The notes: generated by a model from the letters alone, not told the origin. Positions 21,462-30,578 are shown, counted from the stretch's first letter. The stretch: 64,000 nucleotides of DNA from an uncultured Ruminococcus sp. (GCA_964549435.1 CAZJVB010000004.1:6720-70719), one strand, 5' to 3'. Numbers and translations: made by a program.

Positions 21462-21548
21462 AATGAAAATCCAAATAAGTCGGGTGATTACTTTGTTCCC
21501 CGAAATCATGATTATACAAAATGCAAATTTTGTATAATCGAATAGGAG

Positions 21549-21585
21549 AGAAATAAAAAAGCCGGTAAAATGGCTTTTTATTTCT
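21549..21585. terminator. Bidirectional rho-independent terminator between the convergent ABC and radA genes
   Basis: AAAAAAGCC-ggtaaaat-GGCTTTTT hairpin flanked by A-runs and T-runs. Confidence 0.7.
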
Positions 21586-21592
21586 ATATTGT

Positions 21593-22990
21593 TTAGTCTT
21601 CTTTTTTATCTATTGTATTCAAAAGCCGTAAAAGATCAAAAACACTCTTGAGTTTGATTAGCTCCAAACCATAAGTATGCTTTACACGTTCTGCATTACG
21701 ATATGGTATGGCAGCTCTTTTAAAACCCAAGCGAGACGCTTGACTGAGACGCTGATCCAGTACGTTGATCGAACGGCATTCTCCGGCCAATCCAAGTTCT
21801 CCCATGACAATCAAATCTTCTGGTACAGCAATATCCTTATAACTAGAAATAAGCGCCATGGCAGCAGCCGCATCACAAGCTGGTTCATCAATCCTGATAC
21901 CACCGGCAATATTCAAATAAACATCCTGTGTGGAAAAGCGCAGTCCTAAGCGCTTTTCCAGCACCGCCAACAGAAGCGAAACGCGATTATAATCAAATCC
22001 TGATGCCATACGTCTTGGAGATGGAAATGTCGTTGTAGAAGCAAGCGCCTGTATTTCGGTAATCATAGGACGGCTGCCCTCCATAACTGCTACTGCACAG
22101 CTCCCGGGTACATCTTTAGGTCGCTGCTGAAGTATCATTTCCGAAGGTTTTTCAATCTCTGTCAGTCCTTCATCTGACATTTCGAACATGCCAATCTCAT
22201 TTGTAGAACCATATCGGTTTTTTACCGCCCGTATGATACGGTATGCATGTTGTTTATCGCCCTCAAAATAAAGAACAGCGTCTACCATATGTTCTAAAAC
22301 TTTTGGTCCGGCAATTGCGCCGTCTTTATTAACGTGACCGACAATCAATATGGAAATGCGATCCTCTTTCGCTTTGGCAATCAACTGAAGAGTTGCTTGT
22401 TTGACTTGTGTAATCGTTCCGGGCGATGAAGGGAAATTTTCATCATACATCGTCTGTATAGAATCGATAATGACCACATCTGGCTGGTTTGTATTTATTT
22501 CCGGAATGATTTTGTTCACACTTGTTTCGCTGAGCACCAACAATTGAGAAGTATCAACCCCGACACGATTTGCCCTTAATTTGATTTGCGAAATAGACTC
22601 CTCACCGGTCACATACAGCAATTTTGCATGATTTCCGACATATTGGCATATCTGAAGCAGCAATGTGGATTTTCCGATTCCCGGTTCTCCGGAAATTAAC
22701 ACCACGGAACCTTCCACAAGACCTCCGCCAAGCACACGATCGAACTCGCCAAGACCGGTTAAAAAACGAATATCATTTTGAAATGTGATCTCATTGATTT
22801 TTTGCGCTTTGGATTTTGCAACGGTTGTATCATTATGCAAAGGCGCTCGACGAATCTTTGCAGGAGCAACTGCCTCCTGAACAACAGATTGCTCTTCCAA
22901 GGTATTCCAAGCTCCACACTCCGGACATTTGCCGTACCACTTGACCGTTACGTTCCCGCAACTGTTGCAGACATAATTCGTTTTCAACAT
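21593..22990 (-). CDS. radA: DNA repair protein RadA/Sms
   Basis: ATG 22990 is preceded by a GGAGGAACAGG RBS. It has an N-terminal zinc ribbon (CNSCG...CPECGAWN), Walker A GEPGIGKST, a KNRYG-type motif and a Lon-like C-terminal domain. The 32 upstream codons in the track ORF are rejected. Confidence 0.92.
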   Translation of the reverse strand: MLKTNYVCNSCGNVTVKWYGKCPECGAWNTLEEQSVVQEAVAPAKIRRAPLHNDTTVAKSKAQKINEITFQNDIRFLTGLGEFDRVLGGGLVEGSVVLISGEPGIGKSTLLLQICQYVGNHAKLLYVTGEESISQIKLRANRVGVDTSQLLVLSETSVNKIIPEINTNQPDVVIIDSIQTMYDENFPSSPGTITQVKQATLQLIAKAKEDRISILIVGHVNKDGAIAGPKVLEHMVDAVLYFEGDKQHAYRIIRAVKNRYGSTNEIGMFEMSDEGLTEIEKPSEMILQQRPKDVPGSCAVAVMEGSRPMITEIQALASTTTFPSPRRMASGFDYNRVSLLLAVLEKRLGLRFSTQDVYLNIAGGIRIDEPACDAAAAMALISSYKDIAVPEDLIVMGELGLAGECRSINVLDQRLSQASRLGFKRAAIPYRNAERVKHTYGLELIKLKSVFDLLRLLNTIDKKED

Positions 22991-23744
22991 CCTGTTCCTC
23001 CAAAAATTTACCGATTCCGCAAGAAAGGGCAAATGCCAGTTTATTTTGGTATATAGGATCCGAAAGATTCGCGGCATCCTGATCATTTGAAAGAAAACCG
23101 CATTCTACTAAAACTGCGGGCATCTGCAATTCCTTCAGTAAAAAAATAGAATTCTGATCCGGTTTAATCATACGTTGGTTATTTGGCATAACAAGCTTTG
23201 AAGCCTGCTGTAAAATCTCTGCAAGAACCTCGCTTTGCGGATGGTTTAGAGAATAAAAAGTCTGCAATCCTTTACAGCTCGCATCCGGAAATTTGTTCAT
23301 ATGGATACTGATGAAAACAGCATTAGAATAGCTTTCAGCAAGTTTCAATCGATTATAAAGATCATAATATTTTTTACGGTTCTCTTCCCCACTGTTATAG
23401 AGAAGACGATCTTCCGAGCGGGTCAAAATAACATTACAACCGGAGAGCTTTAGAAATTCCGCAATCTTGATTGTGATTGCCAAATTCAAATCCTTTTCAT
23501 TCAAGTCGTGATCTACGGCACCGGGATCTTCCCCTCCGTGTCCGGCATCCAAGATGATGGTAAATACAGATCCTTCAACACTTGCTGCAACAGCTTCTCC
23601 GCCTGCCTCTTCAAACGTTTGATATCCGACGGAGGTAATTAATGATGCGATGCAGTAAAATAGTAGAATAGCAATCATAACAACAGCAATCAGAAAAAGA
23701 ACAATGCGTGGTTCCTTAAAATCAAAAGACTTTGTATTTTTCAT
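22833..23744 (-). CDS. cwlD: N-acetylmuramoyl-L-alanine amidase (Amidase_3), CwlD-like; the reading frame runs 158 nt into radA
   Basis: Signal-anchor, then ILDAGHGGEDPGAV, ISIHMN and ECGFLSN motifs, collinear with B. subtilis CwlD. The recognisable domain ends about residue 250, exactly where radA starts. Confidence 0.75.
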   Translation of the reverse strand: MKNTKSFDFKEPRIVLFLIAVVMIAILLFYCIASLITSVGYQTFEEAGGEAVAASVEGSVFTIILDAGHGGEDPGAVDHDLNEKDLNLAITIKIAEFLKLSGCNVILTRSEDRLLYNSGEENRKKYYDLYNRLKLAESYSNAVFISIHMNKFPDASCKGLQTFYSLNHPQSEVLAEILQQASKLVMPNNQRMIKPDQNSIFLLKELQMPAVLVECGFLSNDQDAANLSDPIYQNKLAFALSCGIGKFLEEQDVENELCLQQLRERNGQVVRQMSGVWSLEYLGRAICCSGGSCSCKDSSSAFA

Positions 23745-23810
23745 AGACTACCATACCTTTTTGAATACATTTGTTATAAAGATATGGTGGCGATATGATA
23801 TTTATACCGG

Positions 23811-24413
23811 CTACTTCCCTGCTTTCCTGCCATCCCCAGTTACTTTTATGCCGAAAAAAGTACGCAATGGGCGATCCTTCGATCCTAAAACATAACCTAA
23901 TGCACTGCATATGATTGCAGGAAACGTATACAGCAGATAAAAGAGCCATCCAACGCATTGCATAAAAATAGAACTTGACGAAAGGATCCCGACCTGCACA
24001 GTAAAGAACGCATGCAACTGCATGTAGCTCCCGTGTAAAGCATAGTAAATAAATTTAAAGACCATTGATGCGGATTCCAGCTGTGTAATTTGTAGAATCA
24101 CTCCGAGCAGAATAAGAATAAAAAGCGGCAAAGAAGCAAGAACGGAAATTTTTAATCCCAAATTTCTTTTTGGTTGAGCAATATCCATCGATCGATAATG
24201 TACCTTCAGTCCTAACTGAAACAGATTATCATACTGCAAAAAACAGAGAAAACAAATGGAAAAAACAGAACCAATAATAGACATTGCAAGATTGTCCAAT
24301 GCGATCGTAGCTAAACCAATACTGATTCCCAAGAAGGACATCACAAGCTGATTGGTCCAAAAACGAATAATCTGCCTAGAATAGACACTCCAAAACTGTT
24401 TGAGTTGTTTCAT
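23811..24413 (-). CDS. Polytopic membrane protein of unknown function, translationally coupled to the upstream gene
   Basis: ATG 24413 overlaps the upstream TGA (ATGA). About 200 aa with 5-6 hydrophobic segments. I recognised no family. Confidence 0.55.
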   Translation of the reverse strand: MKQLKQFWSVYSRQIIRFWTNQLVMSFLGISIGLATIALDNLAMSIIGSVFSICFLCFLQYDNLFQLGLKVHYRSMDIAQPKRNLGLKISVLASLPLFILILLGVILQITQLESASMVFKFIYYALHGSYMQLHAFFTVQVGILSSSSIFMQCVGWLFYLLYTFPAIICSALGYVLGSKDRPLRTFFGIKVTGDGRKAGK

Positions 24414-25549
24414 ACAAGTTTCTTCTTTCTGATGACAATAAAGGTGCAAACGGCAGAACCCAATATGACAACTGCAGCGATTACAACGATTAAGATTTTA
24501 ACGGGTTTTCCTTCTGAGTCGTTGGAGCTGAAAATATCCCCAGATAAAGATGTTCGGTCAAGATCGTAACGTACTGACAACCGATAATTACCACCTGCTA
24601 TATCCTCCAAACGGTCATTGATCAAAAGAGCATCTTTCAACGTAATCATAGAGGGATCGAAGGATGCCCCCTGAATGGTAAACTCAACCCGGAAGCCAAG
24701 AACGCCGTTTTGTTTTACGCCATGTCCTTGCTCATTATTCATGACACAGAATACTAAAATTCCCTCTTCAGTGCGCAAATTGGTCAAATCCTCTGTATAT
24801 TCGGTATTGAGGTCCCAGTCCTCCGGCAAAAGACACTCATAGCGAATAAACTGTAAAACAGACGGATCATAGGAAAGGGTAAATTGTAGACAGGAAACCC
24901 CTGCTGTATCCGCGATATCTTCTACTGTAATCAGCATAGAGATTTGTGTTTCGTATGTCTCCCCTATTATTGCTGATTCCGCGGATACAGATTCTATGTT
25001 ATTGCTCTCTAAGGAAAGAACAAACTTCTGATCCGACAATATGCAGCTGTCCGTCAACTCTTCATCCGTAAAGGTGATCTCTTTGATACAGATTTCTGTT
25101 GAGGAAATCCCGTTTTTCAGAACTCGAAATTGCAGCTCCGTAGAGAGCTCCCCGTCTTTCTTAACACCGTCAGACATAGCCGAATTTAGGAGAGTATACA
25201 TAAAATAGGTGCCATTTTCTCCCTCTTTTTTCATTGTCCAGTCTTCTGCGCCGTAAGTCTTTGTTTCCGAAAAGTCCCAACTAGTGGGGTGGGAGTTTTC
25301 CCAGGAAATTAGTTCCAAACAGGAATTATCATAATGAATCTCAAAGGAAGCACAAAGGATTCCGCTTTCACTGGTAATCTGCTCAACGGATACGCGAATA
25401 GAAATGGTTTCTTCTTCTAAACTACCAAAGACCTGTTCAACTTTGAGCGCCGCAGACCAGTCCGTTTGAGCATTTGCAGAAACAGAAGGTACTATCAAAA
25501 GCACAAAAAATAATAGCGCGAGACAAAACGGGCATTTTTTTCTGTTCAT
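24410..25549 (-). CDS. Secreted protein with two tandem cohesin-like beta-sandwich repeats and a C-terminal TM anchor
   Basis: GGAG RBS before ATG 25549 and a signal peptide (...VSANA). The two repeats share ISIRVSVEQITSESGILCASFEIHYDNSCLELISWE and ISMLITVEDIADTAGVSCLQFTLSYDPSVLQFIRYE. The C-terminal hydrophobic helix is followed by RKKK. Confidence 0.55.
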   Translation of the reverse strand: MNRKKCPFCLALLFFVLLIVPSVSANAQTDWSAALKVEQVFGSLEEETISIRVSVEQITSESGILCASFEIHYDNSCLELISWENSHPTSWDFSETKTYGAEDWTMKKEGENGTYFMYTLLNSAMSDGVKKDGELSTELQFRVLKNGISSTEICIKEITFTDEELTDSCILSDQKFVLSLESNNIESVSAESAIIGETYETQISMLITVEDIADTAGVSCLQFTLSYDPSVLQFIRYECLLPEDWDLNTEYTEDLTNLRTEEGILVFCVMNNEQGHGVKQNGVLGFRVEFTIQGASFDPSMITLKDALLINDRLEDIAGGNYRLSVRYDLDRTSLSGDIFSSNDSEGKPVKILIVVIAAVVILGSAVCTFIVIRKKKLV

Positions 25550-25604
25550 AAAATTCTCCATCCTTCGCAAAAAGGCACAGACTCGTTTGAGTTGCGCCTC
25601 TTTT

Positions 25605-26885
25605 CTATTTTGTCACAGAATCCTGATCCAATTCTTCAATGGACTTAGAAACAGTGTGAGAAATGGGTTTCCAATCGACCTTTTTGAATAAAGCAACTAC
25701 ACCAATCGGAAGATATGTTGCCATGTAAAGTGGAAAGGTGAAAACAGACCATATTTTGCGCCAACGGGAACATCCTTTAATCGATTCGCCCTCTGTCAGC
25801 ATAGTCAAAAAGCCCATCAAAAACATCAGGAGATAATAAAGCAGTATAAAAACGATCATAATGGTAACGGAGCGCATTAAACCGTTGCTTTCTGGATAAA
25901 TCGTCCAATAAATTGTATCCACCAAAGAACATAGAACCGAAACGCCGAAACCTAAAATACCGGGAAGGATAGTCATCAGCATGTCATAACATGCAAAGCT
26001 ACCATGAAAAATTCCTTTGAACAGTTTGCCGGCATATTTTCCGAATACTTGATAGAATCCTTTCGCCCAACGAAGTCGCTGATGCCAAGACTGAGAAAAT
26101 TTTTCCGGCTGCTCATCATATAAAATCGCCTTTCCACAATAACCGATTTTCCCTCCATTTACGATTGTATTAACCGTAAACTCCATATCCTCCGTCAACA
26201 AATGAAATGGCCAACCGCCGTTTTTTTCAATCAATTTACGGCTCACACAAAAGCCGGTTCCTGAAATAGCACAGCTGGTATTTAACTGCATTCTTGCATT
26301 GTTCAAATACTTTGCTTCTCTTAAAAACCAAAGGGAGTATCCTGCAGAGATCCAATTGGTGCCATAATTTTTTGAATTGCGATAAGAGGTTAAAGCAAGG
26401 TAACCACAGTTAAGACCGTTGTTCATTTCTGCAAGAAATTGCTCGTCAATCAAATTATCTGCATCAAAAACGACATATGCGTCGCAATCATCTTGCTGCT
26501 CTCGTAAATGAGCAAACAGAAAATCCAAAGCATAGCCTTTGCCGATCAATACTTCATTGTGCCGTTCCAAAACGTAAGCGCCTCTTTCACGGCAGACTTG
26601 CGCAGTCTGATCGGTACAGTTATCCGCTACCACCATCATTTTAATCAACTCGGCAGGATAATTTTGTTTCTTAATGCTATCCAAAAGCTGACCTATAACC
26701 TGTTCTTCATTACGAGCAGATACAATGACACCAAATTTATGCATTTTATTATCAAGCAGCGGTTTTTCCTTTTCACGGGTGAAAAGAACATAAAATGTAT
26801 AAAAAAATTGATAAAAAAACAGTAAGGAAAAAACACCCGTTAGGGAAATCTCAATAATGGTGGTAATTGCTCTTGCGGTTTGCAT
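25605..26885 (-). CDS. Processive family-2 glycosyltransferase (cellulose/PNAG/chitin-synthase-like membrane synthase)
   Basis: GGGGGA RBS before ATG 26885. N-terminal TM helix. GT2 motifs are VVADNCTD, FDADN, TED (LLTEDMEF) and QxxRW (HQRLRWAKG). Several C-terminal TM helices follow. No PilZ domain. Confidence 0.8.
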   Translation of the reverse strand: MQTARAITTIIEISLTGVFSLLFFYQFFYTFYVLFTREKEKPLLDNKMHKFGVIVSARNEEQVIGQLLDSIKKQNYPAELIKMMVVADNCTDQTAQVCRERGAYVLERHNEVLIGKGYALDFLFAHLREQQDDCDAYVVFDADNLIDEQFLAEMNNGLNCGYLALTSYRNSKNYGTNWISAGYSLWFLREAKYLNNARMQLNTSCAISGTGFCVSRKLIEKNGGWPFHLLTEDMEFTVNTIVNGGKIGYCGKAILYDEQPEKFSQSWHQRLRWAKGFYQVFGKYAGKLFKGIFHGSFACYDMLMTILPGILGFGVSVLCSLVDTIYWTIYPESNGLMRSVTIMIVFILLYYLLMFLMGFLTMLTEGESIKGCSRWRKIWSVFTFPLYMATYLPIGVVALFKKVDWKPISHTVSKSIEELDQDSVTK

Positions 26886-26915
26886 GAAATTTCCCCCAAT
26901 CAAAATGATTATCTT

Positions 26916-26944
26916 ATTATAGCATTCATCATAAGGAAAGTCAA
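26916..26944 (-). promoter_or_regulatory. Consensus sigma-A promoter for the GT2 operon
   Basis: On the minus strand: TTGACT, a 17-nt spacer, then TATAAT. It lies about 30 nt upstream of the GT2 start. Confidence 0.65.
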
Positions 26945-26980
26945 TCGTTTTTTTATTAAAACAACCGTTTAGAGCCTAAA

Positions 26981-27628
26981 TTAATATATCTTTGCTTTTA
27001 ACAGACGAAATTGATTTTTCCGATAGTCAATGATTCGTTCCTGCCGTAATCGAGAAAGCTCACGGCATAGTGCGCTTCTGTCACAATAGAGATACGATGC
27101 CAATGCACTCCGATTAAGAGGAACCGTAAAAAATGAGCCATCCCTTTCTGCTTGGCAATCAAATAGATAGGCAAGTATTTTTTCACGTAGAGTGGGACGT
27201 GTTAGGTAATGAATTCTTTGCTGTTGCAGAAAAAACTTCTTTGTCAATTCTTCTGAAAGATTTTGAAGAAGACGGAAGGCATAAGGATGGGACGAATCCC
27301 GAAGCAATCGATAAGAAAAACGCGTAACTGCACACTCTACATCTGCATAAATACTGACAGGGCTCCGATGACCTATGGAAAGCGCCAATACATCGCCAAA
27401 AAGATCCCCTGCATGTAGAAGTGCGTAATCCACTTCCCTTCCTTCCGGTGTATAACGAACCGCATGTGCCTGCCCTTGCTTCAAAATGGAAATGAAGGAG
27501 TTTTCTTCCCCTTGTAAAAGCAACTGCGCGCTCTTGGGATACCATATCGTCTCTGCTTGTAATGTACGCAGCAGATCTTCAAGCGCATCCGGTGGAATGC
27601 CTAAAAATATCTGATGATTTGGTTGCAT
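26981..27628 (-). CDS. Crp/Fnr-family transcriptional regulator
   Basis: An N-terminal cNMP-binding-like barrel and a C-terminal HTH (RSALASYLYCDRSALCRELSRLRQERII). ATG 27628 has better RBS spacing than 27637. Confidence 0.75.
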   Translation of the reverse strand: MQPNHQIFLGIPPDALEDLLRTLQAETIWYPKSAQLLLQGEENSFISILKQGQAHAVRYTPEGREVDYALLHAGDLFGDVLALSIGHRSPVSIYADVECAVTRFSYRLLRDSSHPYAFRLLQNLSEELTKKFFLQQQRIHYLTRPTLREKILAYLFDCQAERDGSFFTVPLNRSALASYLYCDRSALCRELSRLRQERIIDYRKNQFRLLKAKIY

Positions 27629-27777
27629 GGGCAACATCCTTTCTGCTCATAGTATAGTATACTTAACAAGAAAAAGCAATAGGATTCTGGAAAAATCTTT
27701 TCCTTTGTCGGTATTGCTTCAAGCAATTCTCCGGAAAATTCGCAAATCAATTCAGAAAGGTTTGATTTAATTTATCT

Positions 27778-28860
27778 ATGAAGAAAGTTTTACTTTTATT
27801 CCTCGCGCTTTCGATGCTCCTTGTGATTTTCGTCGGATGCTCTCAAAAAGATGTACAGAATGTGTCTTCTGCTGCTTCCGTCTCCTCAGCGACGGATACC
27901 GCTGCCTCCTCAACGGAAGAAAGCGCTGCCGCGTCCTCTGAAGACGTGATAGAAAAAACCAATGTCAATGTTTTGGCAATTTCCGGTCCGACTGGGATTG
28001 GTATGGCAGAGATGATGCGGAAAAACGAAAACGGAGAAACGCAAAACGCTTATCAATTTTCGATCACCTCTACTCCGAGTGATGCCATGACCGCTATCGT
28101 CAGCGGAAGCGCAGATATTGCTGCTTGCCCACTCAACCTTGCAGCAAAAATCTGTCAGAAAACGGAGAACGAAGTACAAGTTCTTGCGGTCAACACATTG
28201 GGTGTTTTGTATATCGTGACCAATGGTGTGGAAATCAACTCCTTTACTGAGCTTGATGGCAAGGAGGTCATCGCATCGGGCGAAGGTGCCACACCGGAAT
28301 ACGCAATGAAATACCTTTGTGACGCTTATGAAATTCAGGTCGATCTGAACTTTGTAGATGAGTTTTCTACGGCTGCTACGATGGTGGCATCCGGTGAAGC
28401 GCAAATCGCATTATTGGCGGAACCCAGTGTAAGTTCGGCACTCGTAAAAAATAGCGATCTGCAAGTCGCATTGAATTTGACACAGATCTGGCGTGAAGCC
28501 GGGGAAGCCGGAAAAATCGAAAAGGTTGAGCTTGCGCAGGGTTGTGTCATCGTACGCTCGGAATTTGCAAATGAGCATCCTGAAGCGATCGAGGCATTCC
28601 TTTCGGAATATGCGGAATCCATTTCTTATGTATCAGATCCTGAAAATCTAGACGATGCGGCATCACTTTGCGAAACATATGAGATTGTCCCGAAAGCGGC
28701 GATTGCAAAAATGGCAATTCCCAATTGCAATCTCGTCTGCATTACTGGTGAAGAAATGAAAACGATCGTTACAGAGAATCTACGTGTTCTTTTCCAATAT
28801 GATTCTGCCTCTATCGGCGGTGCGATGCCTTCAGAATCTTTCTATTATGTGGCACAATAA
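27778..28860 (+). CDS. ABC transporter substrate-binding lipoprotein (NMT1/THI5-SsuA-like)
   Basis: Lipobox FVGC and a Ser/Ala-rich linker. It resembles a nitrate/sulfonate/HMP-type SBP and is followed by the matching permease. Confidence 0.65.
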   Translation: MKKVLLLFLALSMLLVIFVGCSQKDVQNVSSAASVSSATDTAASSTEESAAASSEDVIEKTNVNVLAISGPTGIGMAEMMRKNENGETQNAYQFSITSTPSDAMTAIVSGSADIAACPLNLAAKICQKTENEVQVLAVNTLGVLYIVTNGVEINSFTELDGKEVIASGEGATPEYAMKYLCDAYEIQVDLNFVDEFSTAATMVASGEAQIALLAEPSVSSALVKNSDLQVALNLTQIWREAGEAGKIEKVELAQGCVIVRSEFANEHPEAIEAFLSEYAESISYVSDPENLDDAASLCETYEIVPKAAIAKMAIPNCNLVCITGEEMKTIVTENLRVLFQYDSASIGGAMPSESFYYVAQ

Positions 28861-28876
28861 AGGTCTCATAAAAAAA

Positions 28877-30208
28877 ATGGTAGCTAAGGTCGCGGTAGCG
28901 GCCTTTTGGCTTTTGGTATGGCAAATTCTCTACTGGATCATCAGGAAGCCGCTCTATCTAGACTCCCCGCTTCACACGCTTAAAGCACTGCTTGTCCTGG
29001 CTCAATCAAGTGACTTTTGGATGGATATCCTGTATTCCCTACTTCGCATTTTAGCAGGTCTTTTGATCGGTTGTTTGGTCGGCGTATTGCTGTCTGTTTT
29101 AACAGAGCGCCTCAAAGCGTTGGATTTGCTGTTTCATCCGATTTTGACATTAGCAAAAACCGTACCGGTTGTTTCGTTTATTATGCTCCTGTGGCTCGCT
29201 TTTTTTCGATATCGGGGCGTTATGCCGATCCTGATATCCGCATTGATGGTGTTTCCGATCATGTGGTCGGATATGGTGAACGGGCAGCGATCTTTGGACC
29301 GTAAACTGTTGGAAATGGCAAAATGCTGTGCAACATCGTTTGATACTTTTTTATATGTTAAATTACCTCATATCTTCCCTTTTTTCATTTCCGGCATTTC
29401 TACTTCCGTCGGTTTGGCATGGAAAGCGGGGATCGCGGCGGAAGTAATCTGCCGACCAGCCGGTTCGGTTGGTCGACAAATATATGTCGCACGGGAGAAT
29501 TTGGAATCTGATGAATTGTTCGCATGGACAGCAGTTGTTGTTCTATTGAGCATCCTGTTGGAATCTCTTTTAGTGCGGCTATTGAAAAAAGTCAGGTTTC
29601 GCCCTAAATTGCGACGATCGGAAGAAGTATCCGATAATGGAGAAAGTTTTGCTGTAGAGTTTCGTCAAATCGATAAACATTATGGTAAACGACTTGTATT
29701 GGATCAATTCACATATACCTTTCAAAACGGAAAGGTTACAGCCATCCTCGGTCCATCTGGCTGCGGCAAAACGACTTTACTTACCATCGCAGCGGGACTG
29801 GAAAAAGACGACGGTCACGTTTATCATATGCCACCGACTGCGCCCGGTATTATTTTTCAAGAGAATCGATTGATTCCGACGCTGACCGTACAAGAAAATA
29901 TCCTTTTTGCCAACCGCGGAGCAAATGCCAAACTCATTCTGAAAGCGTTAGCGCTTTCGGAAGAGGCTGATCGTTACCCTGAGGAACTAAGCGGCGGCAT
30001 GCAACGACGAGTTTCTATAGGACGTGCTATGGCGTTTTGTGGCGGGATCGGCATCTTTGATGAGCCATTCTCCGGGCTGGATGAAGAAACAAAAGCGCTC
30101 TGTGCGCAGGCATTGTTTTCTGCATATAAAGAAAAAACTGTTTTATTTGTAACGCATGATCCAGAAGAGGCAGAGCAATATGGAGATGAAATTTTGAAAT
30201 TATCCTAA
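28877..30208 (+). CDS. Fused ABC permease (TauC/SsuC-type) and ATP-binding protein
   Basis: A single ORF. The N-terminal half has about 6 TM segments typical of binding-protein-dependent permeases. The C-terminal half has Walker A GPSGCGKTT, signature LSGGMQRRV, Walker B IFDEPFSGLD and VTHD. An alternative start at 28847 overlaps the SBP stop. Confidence 0.8.
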   Translation: MVAKVAVAAFWLLVWQILYWIIRKPLYLDSPLHTLKALLVLAQSSDFWMDILYSLLRILAGLLIGCLVGVLLSVLTERLKALDLLFHPILTLAKTVPVVSFIMLLWLAFFRYRGVMPILISALMVFPIMWSDMVNGQRSLDRKLLEMAKCCATSFDTFLYVKLPHIFPFFISGISTSVGLAWKAGIAAEVICRPAGSVGRQIYVARENLESDELFAWTAVVVLLSILLESLLVRLLKKVRFRPKLRRSEEVSDNGESFAVEFRQIDKHYGKRLVLDQFTYTFQNGKVTAILGPSGCGKTTLLTIAAGLEKDDGHVYHMPPTAPGIIFQENRLIPTLTVQENILFANRGANAKLILKALALSEEADRYPEELSGGMQRRVSIGRAMAFCGGIGIFDEPFSGLDEETKALCAQALFSAYKEKTVLFVTHDPEEAEQYGDEILKLS

Positions 30209-30224
30209 AACTTGCAAAAAAACA

Positions 30225-30252
30225 TTGCATTTAATCGATAAACGTGTATAAT
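30225..30252 (+). promoter_or_regulatory. Sigma-A promoter for the ACT/UPF0210 pair
   Basis: TTGCAT, a 16-nt spacer, then TATAAT. It lies about 45 nt upstream of ATG 30298. Confidence 0.55.
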
Positions 30253-30297
30253 TATATTATTCGAAAAAGTAAAACGTAAAGGAACAGATGGACAAGT

Positions 30298-30567
30298 ATG
30301 AAAGCCGTTGTGACAGTGACCGGGAAGGATAGCATGGGGATCATCGCTAAGGTATCGGCGCTTTGCACTAAATACAGCGCAAATATCGTTGATATCTCTC
30401 AAACAGTCATGCAGGAATATTTTGCTATGATCATGTTAGTGGATTTAGAGCGAATGCATGTTGATTTTGGCACATTTTCAGACTCATTGGATGCACTCGC
30501 AAAAGAAAACGGACTGAAAATTCACGCTATGCATGAGGATGTTTTCAACTCCATGCACCGTATATAA
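30298..30567 (+). CDS. ACT-domain protein (UPF0237 family)
   Basis: 89 aa. [20 protein letters not shown]...[21 protein letters not shown] is typical of UPF0237. Confidence 0.8.
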   Translation: MKAVVTVTGKDSMGIIAKVSALCTKYSANIVDISQTVMQEYFAMIMLVDLERMHVDFGTFSDSLDALAKENGLKIHAMHEDVFNSMHRI

Positions 30568-30578
30568 GAGGAACATAT

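Noticed and set aside
22991-23086. 32-codon N-terminal extension of radA
   Set aside because: RadA proteins begin at the zinc ribbon. ATG 22990 has a GGAGGAA RBS. The extension lies within the cwlD-like coding region.
27638-27777. TPP riboswitch upstream of the NMT1/THI5-like SBP
   Set aside because: I found no CUGAGA or ACCUGA-type THI-box motifs, and the region is too short and unstructured.
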